Source: Octopus vulgaris (Eukaryota). From it: DNA of 64,000 bases. The notes beneath the pieces were generated by a model that had not been told where the DNA came from, did not search any database, and saw only the letters and a program-made list of their open reading frames with translations. The position numbers and the translations under genes are program-made. The stretch covers positions 45,260,001 to 45,324,000 of the forward strand of contig OX597838.1 of the NCBI GenBank assembly GCA_951406725.2, written 5' to 3'. The first letter of the stretch is position 1. Each line of letters opens with the position of its first letter. This document shows positions 26,273-39,256 of the stretch, one piece after another.

Positions 26273-28556
26273 TCATTTATTTGCCACATGGGCGAAGGAT
26301 TAGGGGGACAATATAAAAACAAAAAGTGTGGGTATTTACATATAAGGAAATGATGAAAAAAAGGAATTAAAGAAAATAAGTATACACGGTATACACTGAA
26401 AAAGGAGGGCCATATGCATAGCATACAAAGGTTTAATAAAATGTGGCAGGGGGGGATGATAGAGATGTGACCTCTCCTGATACAGGAAGGCCTCTAGGGA
26501 TAAACGAGGAACCCCCCACTGTCCGAGATTTCCCTGAAACCACAGGTGCAAGTGCTCATTGCAATCACTTCTCTCCGACTTACGGATCAACACTTAGAGG
26601 GGTACCATCCCCTCTTGCCATTTTCGCAACTTTCACCCATCTATCAATAAACCCACTCGAGGACACTACTTCCCTTTCCACTCTACATTTCCTTTTCAAG
26701 TGAAACTTGAAAAAGCGAATGAGAGCTCTACCTAAGGAGAATATATATGTCCGTATGCCTTTCAGCCTTGTCCACCAAACAACCTCTTTCACCACAGCCA
26801 CTAGGTAAAGGAAAGCTGCTTTGCCTGCCCAATTGAAGGAGGGTGGCGGTGTGATCATCACTACAGTCTCCGCCGACAGACGGATCCGTCCCACACGGGA
26901 GAGCAGTATTTCGACATAACCCCATAAGTCAGCATTCCTGGGCACTGAACGAGGGCGTGCAGAACGGTTTCGTCACTCTGCGCGCACCTCAGTCATGCCC
27001 ATCTGTAGAGTTTATCTCGAACCGGTCGCGCCCCACCTCTGGTAGCACTGCCAAACCAAGAACACCTGGAAACTATCCATGATAGTTCCCGACCGGAAAG
27101 TCCTAGAACAGACTCGCCTGTTCGTTCTCGTCGGTGCCAAAGTCTCCCCGAGGACGTCGTCGCACTTCCCCACCACTAATCCGCTATAAAATTTATTTCT
27201 AAAGCAGAACATCCACTGATCCCATTGCCCGACTGGTAGAGGACTGTGAGCGCCTGAAGTTATTGTAGGTGCCATAGGTGCCAGGCACCCAGTCTCGGTC
27301 TTTTCTTCACCCAGGACTGGGTGAAGAAATATCAAACGTCTGATGTCAAGCAGGTCAGCTTCGAAACAGCGTTTGAGAAAACTACTATGTGAAAACGTCT
27401 CATACACAGCTGTAAGAACCACGGCATACTTAATCCGCCTCTCAGAGGTTGCTGTCAACAGAATGACCGCCTGACTATTGCAATGCGTCCCTTCCACAAG
27501 AAGAGACGCTGCAGCCTGGTCAAGCAGGGACCGGGACAAGGCACAATGGTCAGGTGATAAATAACGGAGGTGATGTAAGCATTCGCCACACCTGCCCGAC
27601 CTTTCAGGGAGTTTCCTCTCAGCCCATTTCTGTGTAAAACTGACACCTTGTTCGCCACCTCGTCCAAGTTCTTATCAACCTGGAGGTCGGGACCAAACCA
27701 GATGCCGAGCAGTTTTACTGGTTCGTCCGTCCAGCATCCGACGACGCCATCCGATGGCATCGTCGTGCCTTTCCAGGAGCCTAACCGCAAACCCTCCGAT
27801 TGTCGGTGCCGATGTTCGCCCCCTGCAACTGACTCATATTCCTTTAAGATGCCGACCGTCTCTTCTTCTGAGGTGTCCGACACCAAAACGGTGACGTCGT
27901 TCGCGTATGCCGACACTGCCCTTCCTTGTGCCAGTTCAAAAGGGATACCCCTTAGATGTTCCAACTTCCGCAGCAGTGGCTCGAGTACCAATACGTATAG
28001 AAGAGGCAACAGCGGGCAGCCCTGACAGATCGAGCGTGCGATACCAAACGGCTCTGATAGGTGGACGTTTATTTTTAACACTGAACTGGTGCCGCTGTGC
28101 TTTGCAGCGATGCAGCCGCTGAAAACGGGTCCGAAACTGCCTGCCTCCAAGTAGCGATAGTCGACCTTATTGAATACTTTTGATTGATCTAAATTGATCG
28201 GAGCACTCCCGAAGCCGCTTTGGTCCCAGCCCTCTCTATGATGTATCACATAAGGTTGATGTTGTCGTGAAAAGAGCTCCTCGGAATTGTGAAAGTTTGC
28301 ATTTCTCTGACCAGTCTATCGACGACAAGCGCCAGCCTTTTCGCTAACACTTGGCCTAAAATCTTAAACTTTGTGTTTAGCAGAGTTATGTGACAAAAAC
28401 ACTCTAGTGCGTTCCTATTGTCGGCATCTTTAGCAGTTTCACCACACTTCTGCTAACAGCACTAAGAATTCACCCGTTCTGTCGCCAAAAGGTCGCCAAA
28501 CAAATCTGGCATGAATAGATAGAATTCATAGGGCAGACCATCCAAACCGGGCAGAT
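26273..28556 (-). mobile_element. Decayed Tx1/L1-type LINE (RT plus C-terminal zinc knuckle)
   Basis: PGLDGLPYEFY, INLDQSKVFNKVD, ICQGCPLLPLLY, AYANDVT, LLGIWF, ETVLHALVQC; many frameshifts; (ATC)n/(ATT)n tail at 26224-26272. Confidence 0.85.
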
Positions 28557-28583
28557 ACATACACATATATGTATACACCCCCC

Positions 28584-28648
<65 letters not shown>

Positions 28649-29189
28649 TTATCATGTTTTTCTTAAGGAAGATAAAGGTTACAAGTTGACCGCTGTGTTT
28701 GATGTTATTTGTCTCCGCGGTCGTCGAGTTTGCCTTTCATCTTTTCGGTGTCGATAAAATTAGTACCAGTTGAACACTGGAGTCGAGGTAATTGCTGGCA
28801 TTGTGCCAAAATCTGAAACCATTATATGTTTGACCTCATGTAGGGTTAGGGTTAGGGTATTTGTACGAGCTGGTCAATAGTTCTTATCCCACGTGTTTTC
28901 CAGATTTTAAAGTACAGTTTCTTCCAAAATAATAAGGGTTGCAATATGAAATTAATTTAACTGCTGTTTCTAGTCCATCAACATCTGTTTCCTGCAAACC
29001 TTAGTCGTTAATTTTTTTTCATTTCCTTAATATTTTGTAACTCTTAATTATATCCCTAATCGCTTTTCTTTATTTCATATGAATTATGAATGCTTTTCAA
29101 ATATCATAGGTTGGCTTCCACTGATATGTTTGTGGTTTAAATGCTATCTCGTACATAATTAAATCATATTATAGAATCTCTTTTTTTTT

Positions 29190-29595
29190 TCTCTTTTTAC
29201 TTGTTTCAGTCATTTTGACTGCGGCCATGCTGGAGCACCGCCTTTAATCGAGCAACTCGACCCCGGGACTTATTCTTTGTAAGCCCAGTACTTATTCTAT
29301 CGGTCTCTTTTGCCGAACCACTAAGTGACGGGGACATAAACACACCAGCATCGGTTGTCAAGCAATGCTAGGGGGACAAACACAGACACATAAACATACA
29401 CGCACATACATATATATATATATACATATATACGACGGGCTTCTTTCAGTTTCCATCTAGCAAATCCACTCACAAGGCTTTGGTCGGCCCGAGGCTATAG
29501 TAGAAGACACTTGCCCAAGATGCCACACAGAGGGACTGAACCCGGAATCATGTGGTTGGTAAACAAGCTACTTACCACACAGCCATTCCTGCGCC
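29190..29595 (-). mobile_element. SINE family A, full length
   Basis: Near-identical to the 3763 and 21265 copies. Confidence 0.85.
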
Positions 29596-29996
29596 TCATG
29601 ATTAATCTCATGATTTTTTCTCTAATTTTCAATAAATAAAAACATTTTTTTTTTCATTAAGGAATGAGTTGAACGTTCTCTATAAATTATTGCCTTATAT
29701 AGCCAAATAGCCGTCACCGACGGCATCGTCGCCGCCACCGACACCGCTGTCGTCGTCGTCGTCGTAGTTCTAACTTTTGTTGCTTAATCTCCAAATTCTC
29801 AAAGCTCGAGTAGACTTTTGTGAGCTTTTCGTCCTCGTTATACTGGTTTCAAATTTTGGCACAAGATCAGCAACTTCGTGGAAGTGGGGTTAGTCAATTA
29901 CATCGACTCCAATGCTCAACTGGTTCTTGTTTTGTAGACCCCGAAAGAATGAAAGGCAAAGTCGACCTCGATTAGATTTGAACTGAGAACCAAACG

Positions 29997-30962
29997 ACAG
30001 TACTGGGAGAATAAGAAACGGAACGAAGCGAACGAATCGAATCGAACCCGACGCGAGGGCGCTGTCAAACAATGGTGTAATAAATAAAATATATGCATAC
30101 ATACAAACATATATGTACGTACCTACATCTACATGTATACTGTTTTATATATAATTATGACGCGAAATTCTTTATCTCTTTGCTTTACCTTCCCTCTCTC
30201 TCTCTCTCTCTCTCACTCTTCCTCATCTCTCTCTCAGCCGCTTGTCTTCCTCTATCTCTCTCTCTCTCACTCCTCCTCATCTTTGCCACTGCTAGCCAAA
30301 ACTACTTCCTTTTACATGCGGCTTTCAAACTGTAAAGACACACATTTGTGTTCTCATGCGCTGCTAGAACCTCCTCCGTCTCAGCCAGAAAAAATGCCTT
30401 TTCGTTTGTTTTCTTGTTTGTTTTCTTGTTTATTTTTATTTCTCGTATTGTATTTTCTTGTACATGTATTTTTATCTTGTATTTTATTTTGTATTTTTAT
30501 TTGTATCGTTTTTACGTCCTGTTTGTGATACATTTTTTTCTTGCTTGTTTTTACCCCTCTGCGAGGCAATTTTATTTTGATTCTCTCGCAGGAAGGATTA
30601 GTTTGGCGAGTCGTGTCCTGTCTTGCCTTCGAAACACGCTGGAGCCGAACTAGTGACAGCTGATGATAGGGGATTTTTCCTTGTGTAGTATGTCCTGTAC
30701 TCTGTTTTTTCTGTTGTAAAAAAATGGTTTTTCGTTTTCGTTTTTCGTCTCTCGTTGAGTTCTACGTCTAGTTGTGGTGTCCTGTATTCACGTATATATA
30801 TATTTATATGTGCATGTATATATACATGTAGATGTAGGTACGTACATACATGTTTGTATGTATGCATATATTTTATTTATTACATTATTGTTTGACAGCG
30901 CCCTCGCGTCGGGTTCGATTCGATTCGTTCGCTTCGTTCCGTTTCTTATTCTCCCAGTACTG

Positions 30963-30963
<1 letters not shown>
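29997..30963. repeat. ~143-bp near-perfect inverted repeats (29997-30139 / 30821-30963) around a ~680-bp spacer
   Basis: ACAGTACTGGGAGAATAAGAAACGGAACGAAGCGAACGAATCGAATCGAACCCGACGCGAGGGCGCTGTCAAACAAT... and its reverse complement. Confidence 0.9.
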
Positions 30964-31016
<53 letters not shown>

Positions 31017-31714
31017 GCATATATATATTTATATACATAGATACATATATAGTCTACGGTATTCATAAAAACCCTGATTTAGGGGAAATTTTTCAGTGAC
31101 ACTCGGTTGCCATACGGAAGCAGGTCACTGATTCTGGCAATGCTATTTTACATTGTTCATCCTTCTTGACCTTAAGTCATGCTTTTCTCAACCATTTTTG
31201 AGTAGTTTTGAAGAACTAGCTAAGAAAAGTTTTCCTGTCGCCATTCCCGCGACAGATTCTTTTACATGTTTTTCTTCATTTTAGTAAGTACCGCAATTTT
31301 TTCTCTCACTATTATGTTGTGATCATTTCACTGTATATATTTTTATTTTCCTTACATATATATGATTGGTGTTCAGTCCAGTCCTTCTCTTGATATTATC
31401 TCTACGAACTCTCATCGTATGATCATAAGGAAAAGGAATTAGTTAAAGGTTTATTTGTATGCACCTTTATGAAGTTATACACAAGTCTATGTCAATACAA
31501 GAAAATACAATCAACCCAGTATGAAGAAACGAAATAACTTTTTCAAGATAAAGATGACTACTTAATTTCACTTCCACAGATATCTTCACCTTGCTATCAA
31601 AAACACATCTTCTTATCCTATTTAAACTGTCTTATAACATGCTAGTGAAACGTCCGACTTCTTCTTGGAACTAGGCCATTAAGACACAACGAATTTTACT
31701 TATGTACATATATG

Positions 31715-31763
<49 letters not shown>

Positions 31764-31915
31764 CGTAAAGTATACTAGCCATCTCAATATGGCTAACCAC
31801 TAAGGGTGGGTGTTACTGTAGCTTTTAGCCCCAGGAGATCATCGTCTCCAGCTGGCTTTAGGGACACTGGTATTTGCAAAGGGAGGTCATCCCTCTCTCG
31901 TAAACCTAAGTGATA

Positions 31916-31960
31916 CGCACGGACTGCAGTTCCGAGGTATTTGCCTCTTGTCAACGTACG
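31916..31960 (-). ncRNA. Minimal hammerhead (U3-A8 variant), GAAA mutated to GGAA
   Basis: CGTACG-TTGACAA-GAGG-caaata-CCTC-GGAA-CTGCAG-TC-CGTGCG. Confidence 0.6.
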
Positions 31961-32152
31961 CCAATCACCGGTTTTTGATGAAGGGAGACCTGTTTGCAAA
32001 TATCTATTTAATGTTTTTTCCAGATGTAATCACGTTCAGAGTTTTATTATTGCTTGCAGACAGATTTTCGAAATCAGTGACGGAAGTTACTGGGAAAAAC
32101 ATTAAATAGATATTTGCAAACAGGTCTCCCTTCATCGAAAACCGGTGATTGC

Positions 32153-32195
32153 CGTACGTTGACAAGAGGCATACCTCGAAACTGCAGTCAGTGCG
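32153..32195 (+). ncRNA. Minimal hammerhead (U3-A8 variant)
   Basis: CGTACG-TTGACAA-GAGG-cata-CCTC-GAAA-CTGCAG-TC-AGTGCG; palindromic stem III, GUC site, first stem I pair mismatched. Confidence 0.7.
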
Positions 32196-32528
32196 TATCA
32201 CTTAGGTTTACGAGAGAGGGATGACCTCCCTTTGCAAATACCATAAGGGCACAGAAAGTGTGCCTAAAGCCAGCTGGAGAAGATGATCTCCTGGGGCTAA
32301 AAGCTACAGTAACACCCACCCTTAATGATTAGCCATATTGAGATGGCTAGTATACTTTACATTGTTGAGCAGTTACTGTTTACATCTCGTTCAGAGATTT
32401 ATTATTGCTCTCTCTCTCTCTCTCTCTATCTATATATATATATATATATATATATTGATAAAACGGTAAGATAACAAAAGAAAGAAAGAGACCTCAATAT
32501 TATGTAAATAGAGGAAATTTATCTATAC

Positions 32529-32609
32529 AATATGTTACATTACTCGGTAGTCAAGATAAAACTCTGAAACTCAGAGTTTTATCTTGACTACCGAGTAATG
32601 TAACATATT
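32529..32609. repeat. Perfect hairpin, 39-bp arms with 3-nt loop
   Basis: AATATGTTACATTACTCGGTAGTCAAGATAAAACTCTGA-aac-TCAGAGTTTTATCTTGACTACCGAGTAATGTAACATATT. Confidence 0.95.
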
Positions 32610-32634
32610 ATTGTATATATTTATATATACATGT

Positions 32635-33118
32635 TGGCATGTATGTATAATAATGCCCTCTATATATAAATTAATATGTTCAATTAGAAAGAATTATTTT
32701 CGAAATTTTTTCTTTTATGAGGTTTTTCACGCTATCTACCCGATAATTCCTTGTTAAGTTTTCCTTATTAAGAAGTTGTCCTTAATTGCTAAATTTTATT
32801 CCGAAAAAACTTTTCCTTACCCGAAATGCAATTCGTAAAAGTCTGCCATTTACCGGATGTAATATATGTAAACCCACCCATGTGCTTCGTTGAAGTTGAT
32901 CAGATAGTTGCTCGGCTTAGACGAGTTGGGTTCGTTTATTTATGATACGTCCAGACTTGCTGATGAATACAGAGGTATGAAATCACAGGTGATACAAGTC
33001 CATATTTTTAAATGTCTTACTTTGAAAAATTGCATTCGGTGGGATTAGTAAAATTTTTGGTAGAAATGACTAATTTTGTCCCTCTTAGCGTGTGGCATGT
33101 ATGTATAATAATGCCCTC

Positions 33119-33129
<11 letters not shown>
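32635..33129 (+). mobile_element. Non-coding pLTR/retrozyme-like element: 458-bp unit with 37-bp terminal direct repeat
   Basis: TGGCATGTATGTATAATAATGCCCTCTATATATAAAT at 32635 and 33093; internal HHR. Confidence 0.7.
32954..33000 (+). ncRNA. Canonical type I hammerhead ribozyme
   Basis: GACTTG-CTGATGA-ATAC-agag-GTAT-GAAA-TCAC-ag-GTGA-TA-CAAGTC: all stems Watson-Crick, intact core, AUA site. Confidence 0.9.
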
Positions 33130-33355
<226 letters not shown>

Positions 33356-33914
33356 GTTGAAAGGTGAGTTAAACAGATAATCAATTTCCATGGTTTTGTC
33401 AGGTCCAGGATAGTTTGCAAAATATCATGAATGAAATTATGAAATGTTTCTGCTAATAAAACGAAGACGCAAAACCAAGGTAGCGCCATAATGTGGTGCC
33501 CTTGTTGCAAAAGGAGCATTAGAGCCTTTCAGTTAACATTCTCTGACTATAACTCACATATCGTCATTCCAGCCAGTATCATTGTTAGGAGTGTTGTTAT
33601 TGAGTTTAAACGAAACAGCATTACTTTAATCATAAGAACATAATCTTTGTAAAAGAAATATTTTTCAATATCCAAATTTTGTTGGGGTTCTTCATGTTAA
33701 TAATTGAATGAAAATAGCCGGAAGCAGAAACAGGTCACTATTCAATAGTTTCGTAGTGTGGTATTTCAGAACTAATGTAGGATTATCATGGAAATGTAAA
33801 AAAAAATAAATAAATTCTGCCAACTGGAATCAAAGAAAATGTGTTATGAAAGGAAACACTTCGAGCATACGTTCTACATATCTCATTAATCAGTGAAGTT
33901 TCCCTTTGCCTTTG

Positions 33915-33957
<43 letters not shown>

Positions 33958-34166
33958 CATACATACATACATACATGCATACATACATATTTCTGCCGTT
34001 CTTTGACAACTGAGCAACTAAGATGACGACAGAGAATCTTCAAAGTAACCATGTAATTTACACAGACTGACACACATGTGCACGCTCCCACACACACACA
34101 CTCATGCATATATACATATACATACACTCAGACGCTAGTCTTAAAATGCAAATATATATATAAATG

Positions 34167-34223
<57 letters not shown>

Positions 34224-34310
34224 TTATATATCAAATGAATATACACACACACTAGAAAGAAACATCTTCTAAAAAGGATAGTGGCATTCTGATTAGGAAT
34301 TTAAGATACA

Positions 34311-34487
34311 ATTCTATATTTAAGAAATGAGGAATTATGTACATTATTTATATTTGACGGATAATTGTCCTCATCTTGTTTGTTGTTAATACAACGTTTC
34401 GGCTGATATATCCTCCAGCCTTCATCAGGTGTCTTGGGAAAATTTCAAACCTGGGCTCTCATTCCTAAGGTATTTTAGATGTTGTTG

Positions 34488-34535
<48 letters not shown>

Positions 34536-34600
34536 TCACTGCCTGGAGTCGAACTCGGGATCCTAGGGTTAGTAGTCTGCGCCCTTAACCACTACGCCAT
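34311..34600 (-). mobile_element. Composite SINE: tRNA-like head + (TAA)n + HHR-containing PLE-like tail
   Basis: Head TGGCGTAGTGGTTAAGG...GAGTTCGACTCC (A and B boxes); tail contains CTGATGA...GAAAC. Confidence 0.75.
34389..34432 (-). ncRNA. Minimal hammerhead ribozyme
   Basis: ACAC-CTGATGA-A-GGCTG-gaggatatat-CAGCC-GAAA-CG-TT-GTAT; palindromic ACGT stem III. Confidence 0.7.
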
Positions 34601-34653
34601 ACTTAGTAAAACTATATCAAGTAATTTTAATATCTATATATATCTATATATAT

Positions 34654-35453
34654 CATTATATAAAAGGGCTTAGTAAAATAAATTACTTTGCCGCATACTG
34701 AACTCATTAGAAATAGCAGCTAAAAAACTTTTTTAAAAACTATTTCTAATGAGTTCAGTATGCGGCAAAGTAATTTATTTTACTAAGCCCTTTTATATAA
34801 TGTAATAATTTGAATTCGCCTTAAATGGTCCCTTTGTATACTGAATACTTGGTGAAATTGATTAATTAATTAATTTTACCCTCAATTGTTGAAATTATAA
34901 TTCATCTTTCTCTATATAATGCCTCGGATTTTACCGAAAAAAAGCATAATGTTTGCTGATTTTAACCCACGCTGGTGGAAAGGGGAGAGCAGAAATTCTT
35001 CGTTTGCATATTTGAATTTGCTAACACTGTTAGTTTTGAACAGATCTTCAGAAGCGATAACAGGCCGAAAGGGTATGTTCCCGCTTTCAGTGTTTTCAAA
35101 TCCAAACCAGGGAGTTCTGAGCTGATGATAGAAGTGTCGATTTGACTAATCTTGAAACGTACGTTCTCAAATAACCTTTGCATTTGATTTTTTAATGTCT
35201 CTACCCTCATACTTTCGTGAGTTGAATTGAGCAAACACTATACGAGAGAGATTTTCTTTAAGTATTGGAGATAGTTTTAAAAAAGTTTTTTTAGCTGCTA
35301 TTTCTAATGAGTTCAGTATGCGGCAAAGTAATTTATTTTACTAAGCCCTTTTATATAATGTAATAATTTGAATTCGCCTTAAATGGTCCCTTTGTATACT
35401 GAATACTTGGTGAAATTGATTAATTAATTAATTTTACCCTCAATTGTTGAAAT
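34654..35453 (+). mobile_element. PLE pLTR-like element: 558-bp unit with 155-bp direct repeat plus inverted 5' segment
   Basis: 34741-34895 equals 35299-35453; 34654-34742 is the reverse complement of about 35272-35360; internal HHR; TA-rich flanks. Confidence 0.8.
35118..35169 (+). ncRNA. Minimal hammerhead ribozyme
   Basis: TGAG-CTGATGA-TAGA...TCTT-GAAA-CGTACG-TT-CTCA; palindromic stem III; first stem II pair mismatched. Confidence 0.65.
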
Positions 35454-35480
35454 ATCTATATACATCTATATATCTATCTA

Positions 35481-35547
<67 letters not shown>

Positions 35548-36873
35548 TTCGTGTGTGGATCTGTAGTAAGAAGCTTGGACAACATTGCTTCTCCTTAGAT
35601 CACAAATTACAACAGCAACGGTCTGTACTCAAACATTTTACGTCTAACGATGAATGTCAGGAAACCCCATCCACTCGTCTGTTTCTTCTAAGGAGTTACA
35701 AATCATGCGTCCATAACATCCTGAATGACATGGAGAGGAGTAAAACAGGAATCAGTGGGAACAATTTCAAGAGTTATTACAACCGTTGTCTTTATTAATT
35801 TACTTCGTGTGATCGAGAATTTCGCATTTTTCTTCTGATGTTTTATCGCCAAATTGTAAATTACTGAGATTTTCTTTTTTACAGTTTTTTAATGCGTTAT
35901 TTCAATAAGAAAAGACCCATGTTAGTGTGAGCCTATGAGAGGGGATGTTTTGCAGACACCACGCTTCAGAGCACAGAGACCCAAAGAAGATACTTTGAAT
36001 GTTTGATGAACCCAACCCTAAAGTAAAATATCTCACAGAGGCCTTGAATTTTGGGAAGAGACACCTACAAATTTATTGGGTCCGATTTAATACTCTTTCC
36101 TCTTTTTACAAGAGCTAAATTAGCATGTTATAAAATAAGTAACAGGAAATTGGTTTAAACATTTCAAAGAATTCCAAAAAAATGTTTGTTAGTTTCTTTT
36201 CGTAATTAAATTATCAAATGAGTAATTTTCAAATTTTGTCACAAAAAAAGATCACAGTGTGCTTTTTCTCCCCTATTTTTTCTTTTCGCTTTCGAAATAT
36301 TAGAGAAATATATTTGTCTTAAATTAATAATGGCTTGAAAAAAAAAAAGGAAAGAAGAGCCTTGAAAAAAATGGCGACAATGATTCATCAGGTGTATTAA
36401 ATGTTTTATTTAACAAGCTGTATCTATCGATATGTTCTATGTTTGGTAAATATAATTACCCAGAAGTTTTGGTATGCATATCAATACGTACGTACGTACG
36501 TGTATGTGTGTGTGTGTCGGTGTGTGTGTGTGTGTGCGTGTGCGTGTGAGTGTGTGTGTGCGTGTGCGTGTGAGTGTGTGTTTGTGTGTGCGTGTGTGTG
36601 TGCATGTCTATATGTGTATTCATACAAATAAGAACTATGCAAATGTGCATGCGCGTGTGACAGAGCTGCCTTCAATGGCACCGACATCGACAGACACTGA
36701 CAGACGCAACGACTCTATATAAGAAATAGAACGACAAAGCGATTTCTTTTTATATTTTAGAGTCATTAGAGAACTATCTTCTCTTAATTGAGTTTATACC
36801 TATGTGTGTGAGCAAGCAAGCGCGCGTAGGTGTGTGTGTGTGTGTATATTTATACCTACATACACATGTATGC

Positions 36874-36926
<53 letters not shown>

Positions 36927-36941
36927 TACAAACACACATAT

Positions 36942-36985
<44 letters not shown>

Positions 36986-37234
36986 GCATACATGTGTATG
37001 CATGTATGTACGCATGTATGTATGTGTTGGTATGTTTATATATGTATGTATGCATGTATGTATGTTTGCATGTATGTATGTATGTATGTATGTATGTATG
37101 TATGTATGTATGTATGTATGTATGTATGTATGTATGAGCGTGGGTGCATGTTTCCAGTGTGCATCGGTGTGTGTATGGATGAATATAACTATATAATTGG
37201 GGTAAACATAACATGAGGTAACTGATTCCTAAAA

Positions 37235-37275
<41 letters not shown>

Positions 37276-37443
37276 TGCTGATTATACAATGTATTTATAG
37301 TATGCATATATACGTACATACAGACAGAGAGATAGAGAGACAGTCAGAGAGACAGATAGATAGATAAATAGATAGATAGGTATGTATATACATGTATTTT
37401 TACATACACACACATATATATGTATATATACATATACATATAC

Positions 37444-37496
<53 letters not shown>

Positions 37497-37520
37497 GGTA
37501 TATGTATATATACATATATT

Positions 37521-37551
<31 letters not shown>

Positions 37552-38488
37552 GTATATATATGTGTATATATGTATTTATATACGCATATATATATATTCA
37601 TATACATATATATATATACATATATACATATATATACACATATATACATTTATATACATATATACATATATATACATATATATACATGTAGATATTTTTT
37701 ATTTATACCTACATTCATTCGTATGTAGGTATGTGTGATGCATATATCATATGTACAGACGTAGATGTAAATGTAAGACAAATAATGTGCGAGTGTATTT
37801 GGTGAAGCAACTCTTTTTAATAAAATGAAAAGTCGGCATAAACAAAACTCTCAAACAAGTTCTTTGTTAGGTTTCCATAATATTTTTATTAGTTCTCTAT
37901 TAAAGTGCACACACACACACACACACATATACATACACGCGTAGATACATTGTCTCTGTTACTCTGTCAAATATATTTTGCATCAGATAGATTTGTAGGG
38001 TAGTTAGTTTTTGCTTATGAGAAAGAAATACCAAGAGAGAGAGAGGGGGAGAGAGAGAATGGACAACATTCCAGGAGGGAAAGATGCCTGTGTAGTGTGA
38101 GTTAACTAATTGCTTTGCTTTTCGAAAAAGGTCATGTTCAAACAACAAAGTATTTATAATTATAGAAAAGAAATATGTATTTATTGATGCATGTGTATGT
38201 GAGTATGTATCTTTGAATATGTGTGCATGCATGTCATGCGTTAATTTTATTGCTGCATGTGTGATTGTATGTGTGTGCATGTGAGGAAATCTTGAGAATA
38301 ATGTTAAGAATAAAGTCTGGTAAGGATTTCGTGGGAGTAAACGTTTTAATTAGATACAGAAGAAGAGAAAGAGAGAGAGGGATGAGATAGGCGTCGAAGG
38401 AGAGAAATAGAAAATGAAAGGAAGTCGTTTCCTTAAGTTAGATAGGCAGAAAAATTGATACATAAATGGTTATAGAGATAGAGCGTTC

Positions 38489-39256
<768 letters not shown>

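Larger units (their letters stand above)
31762..32362. repeat. ~260-bp inverted-repeat element with two divergent HHRs
   Basis: GTAAAGTATACTAGCCATCTCAATATGGCTAA... mirrored at 32330-32362; spacer about 32025-32090. Confidence 0.9.

Noticed and set aside
28841-28858. (TTAGGG)~3 interstitial telomeric repeat
   Set aside because: Too short to distinguish from an incidental microsatellite.
34530-34600. Possible tRNA gene
   Set aside because: A and B boxes are present but the acceptor and anticodon stems do not pair well and it is fused to a repeat tail; treated as a SINE head.
35545-35800. Possible mariner C-terminal remnant (KHFTSNDE)
   Set aside because: Similarity is too weak and no TIR was identified.
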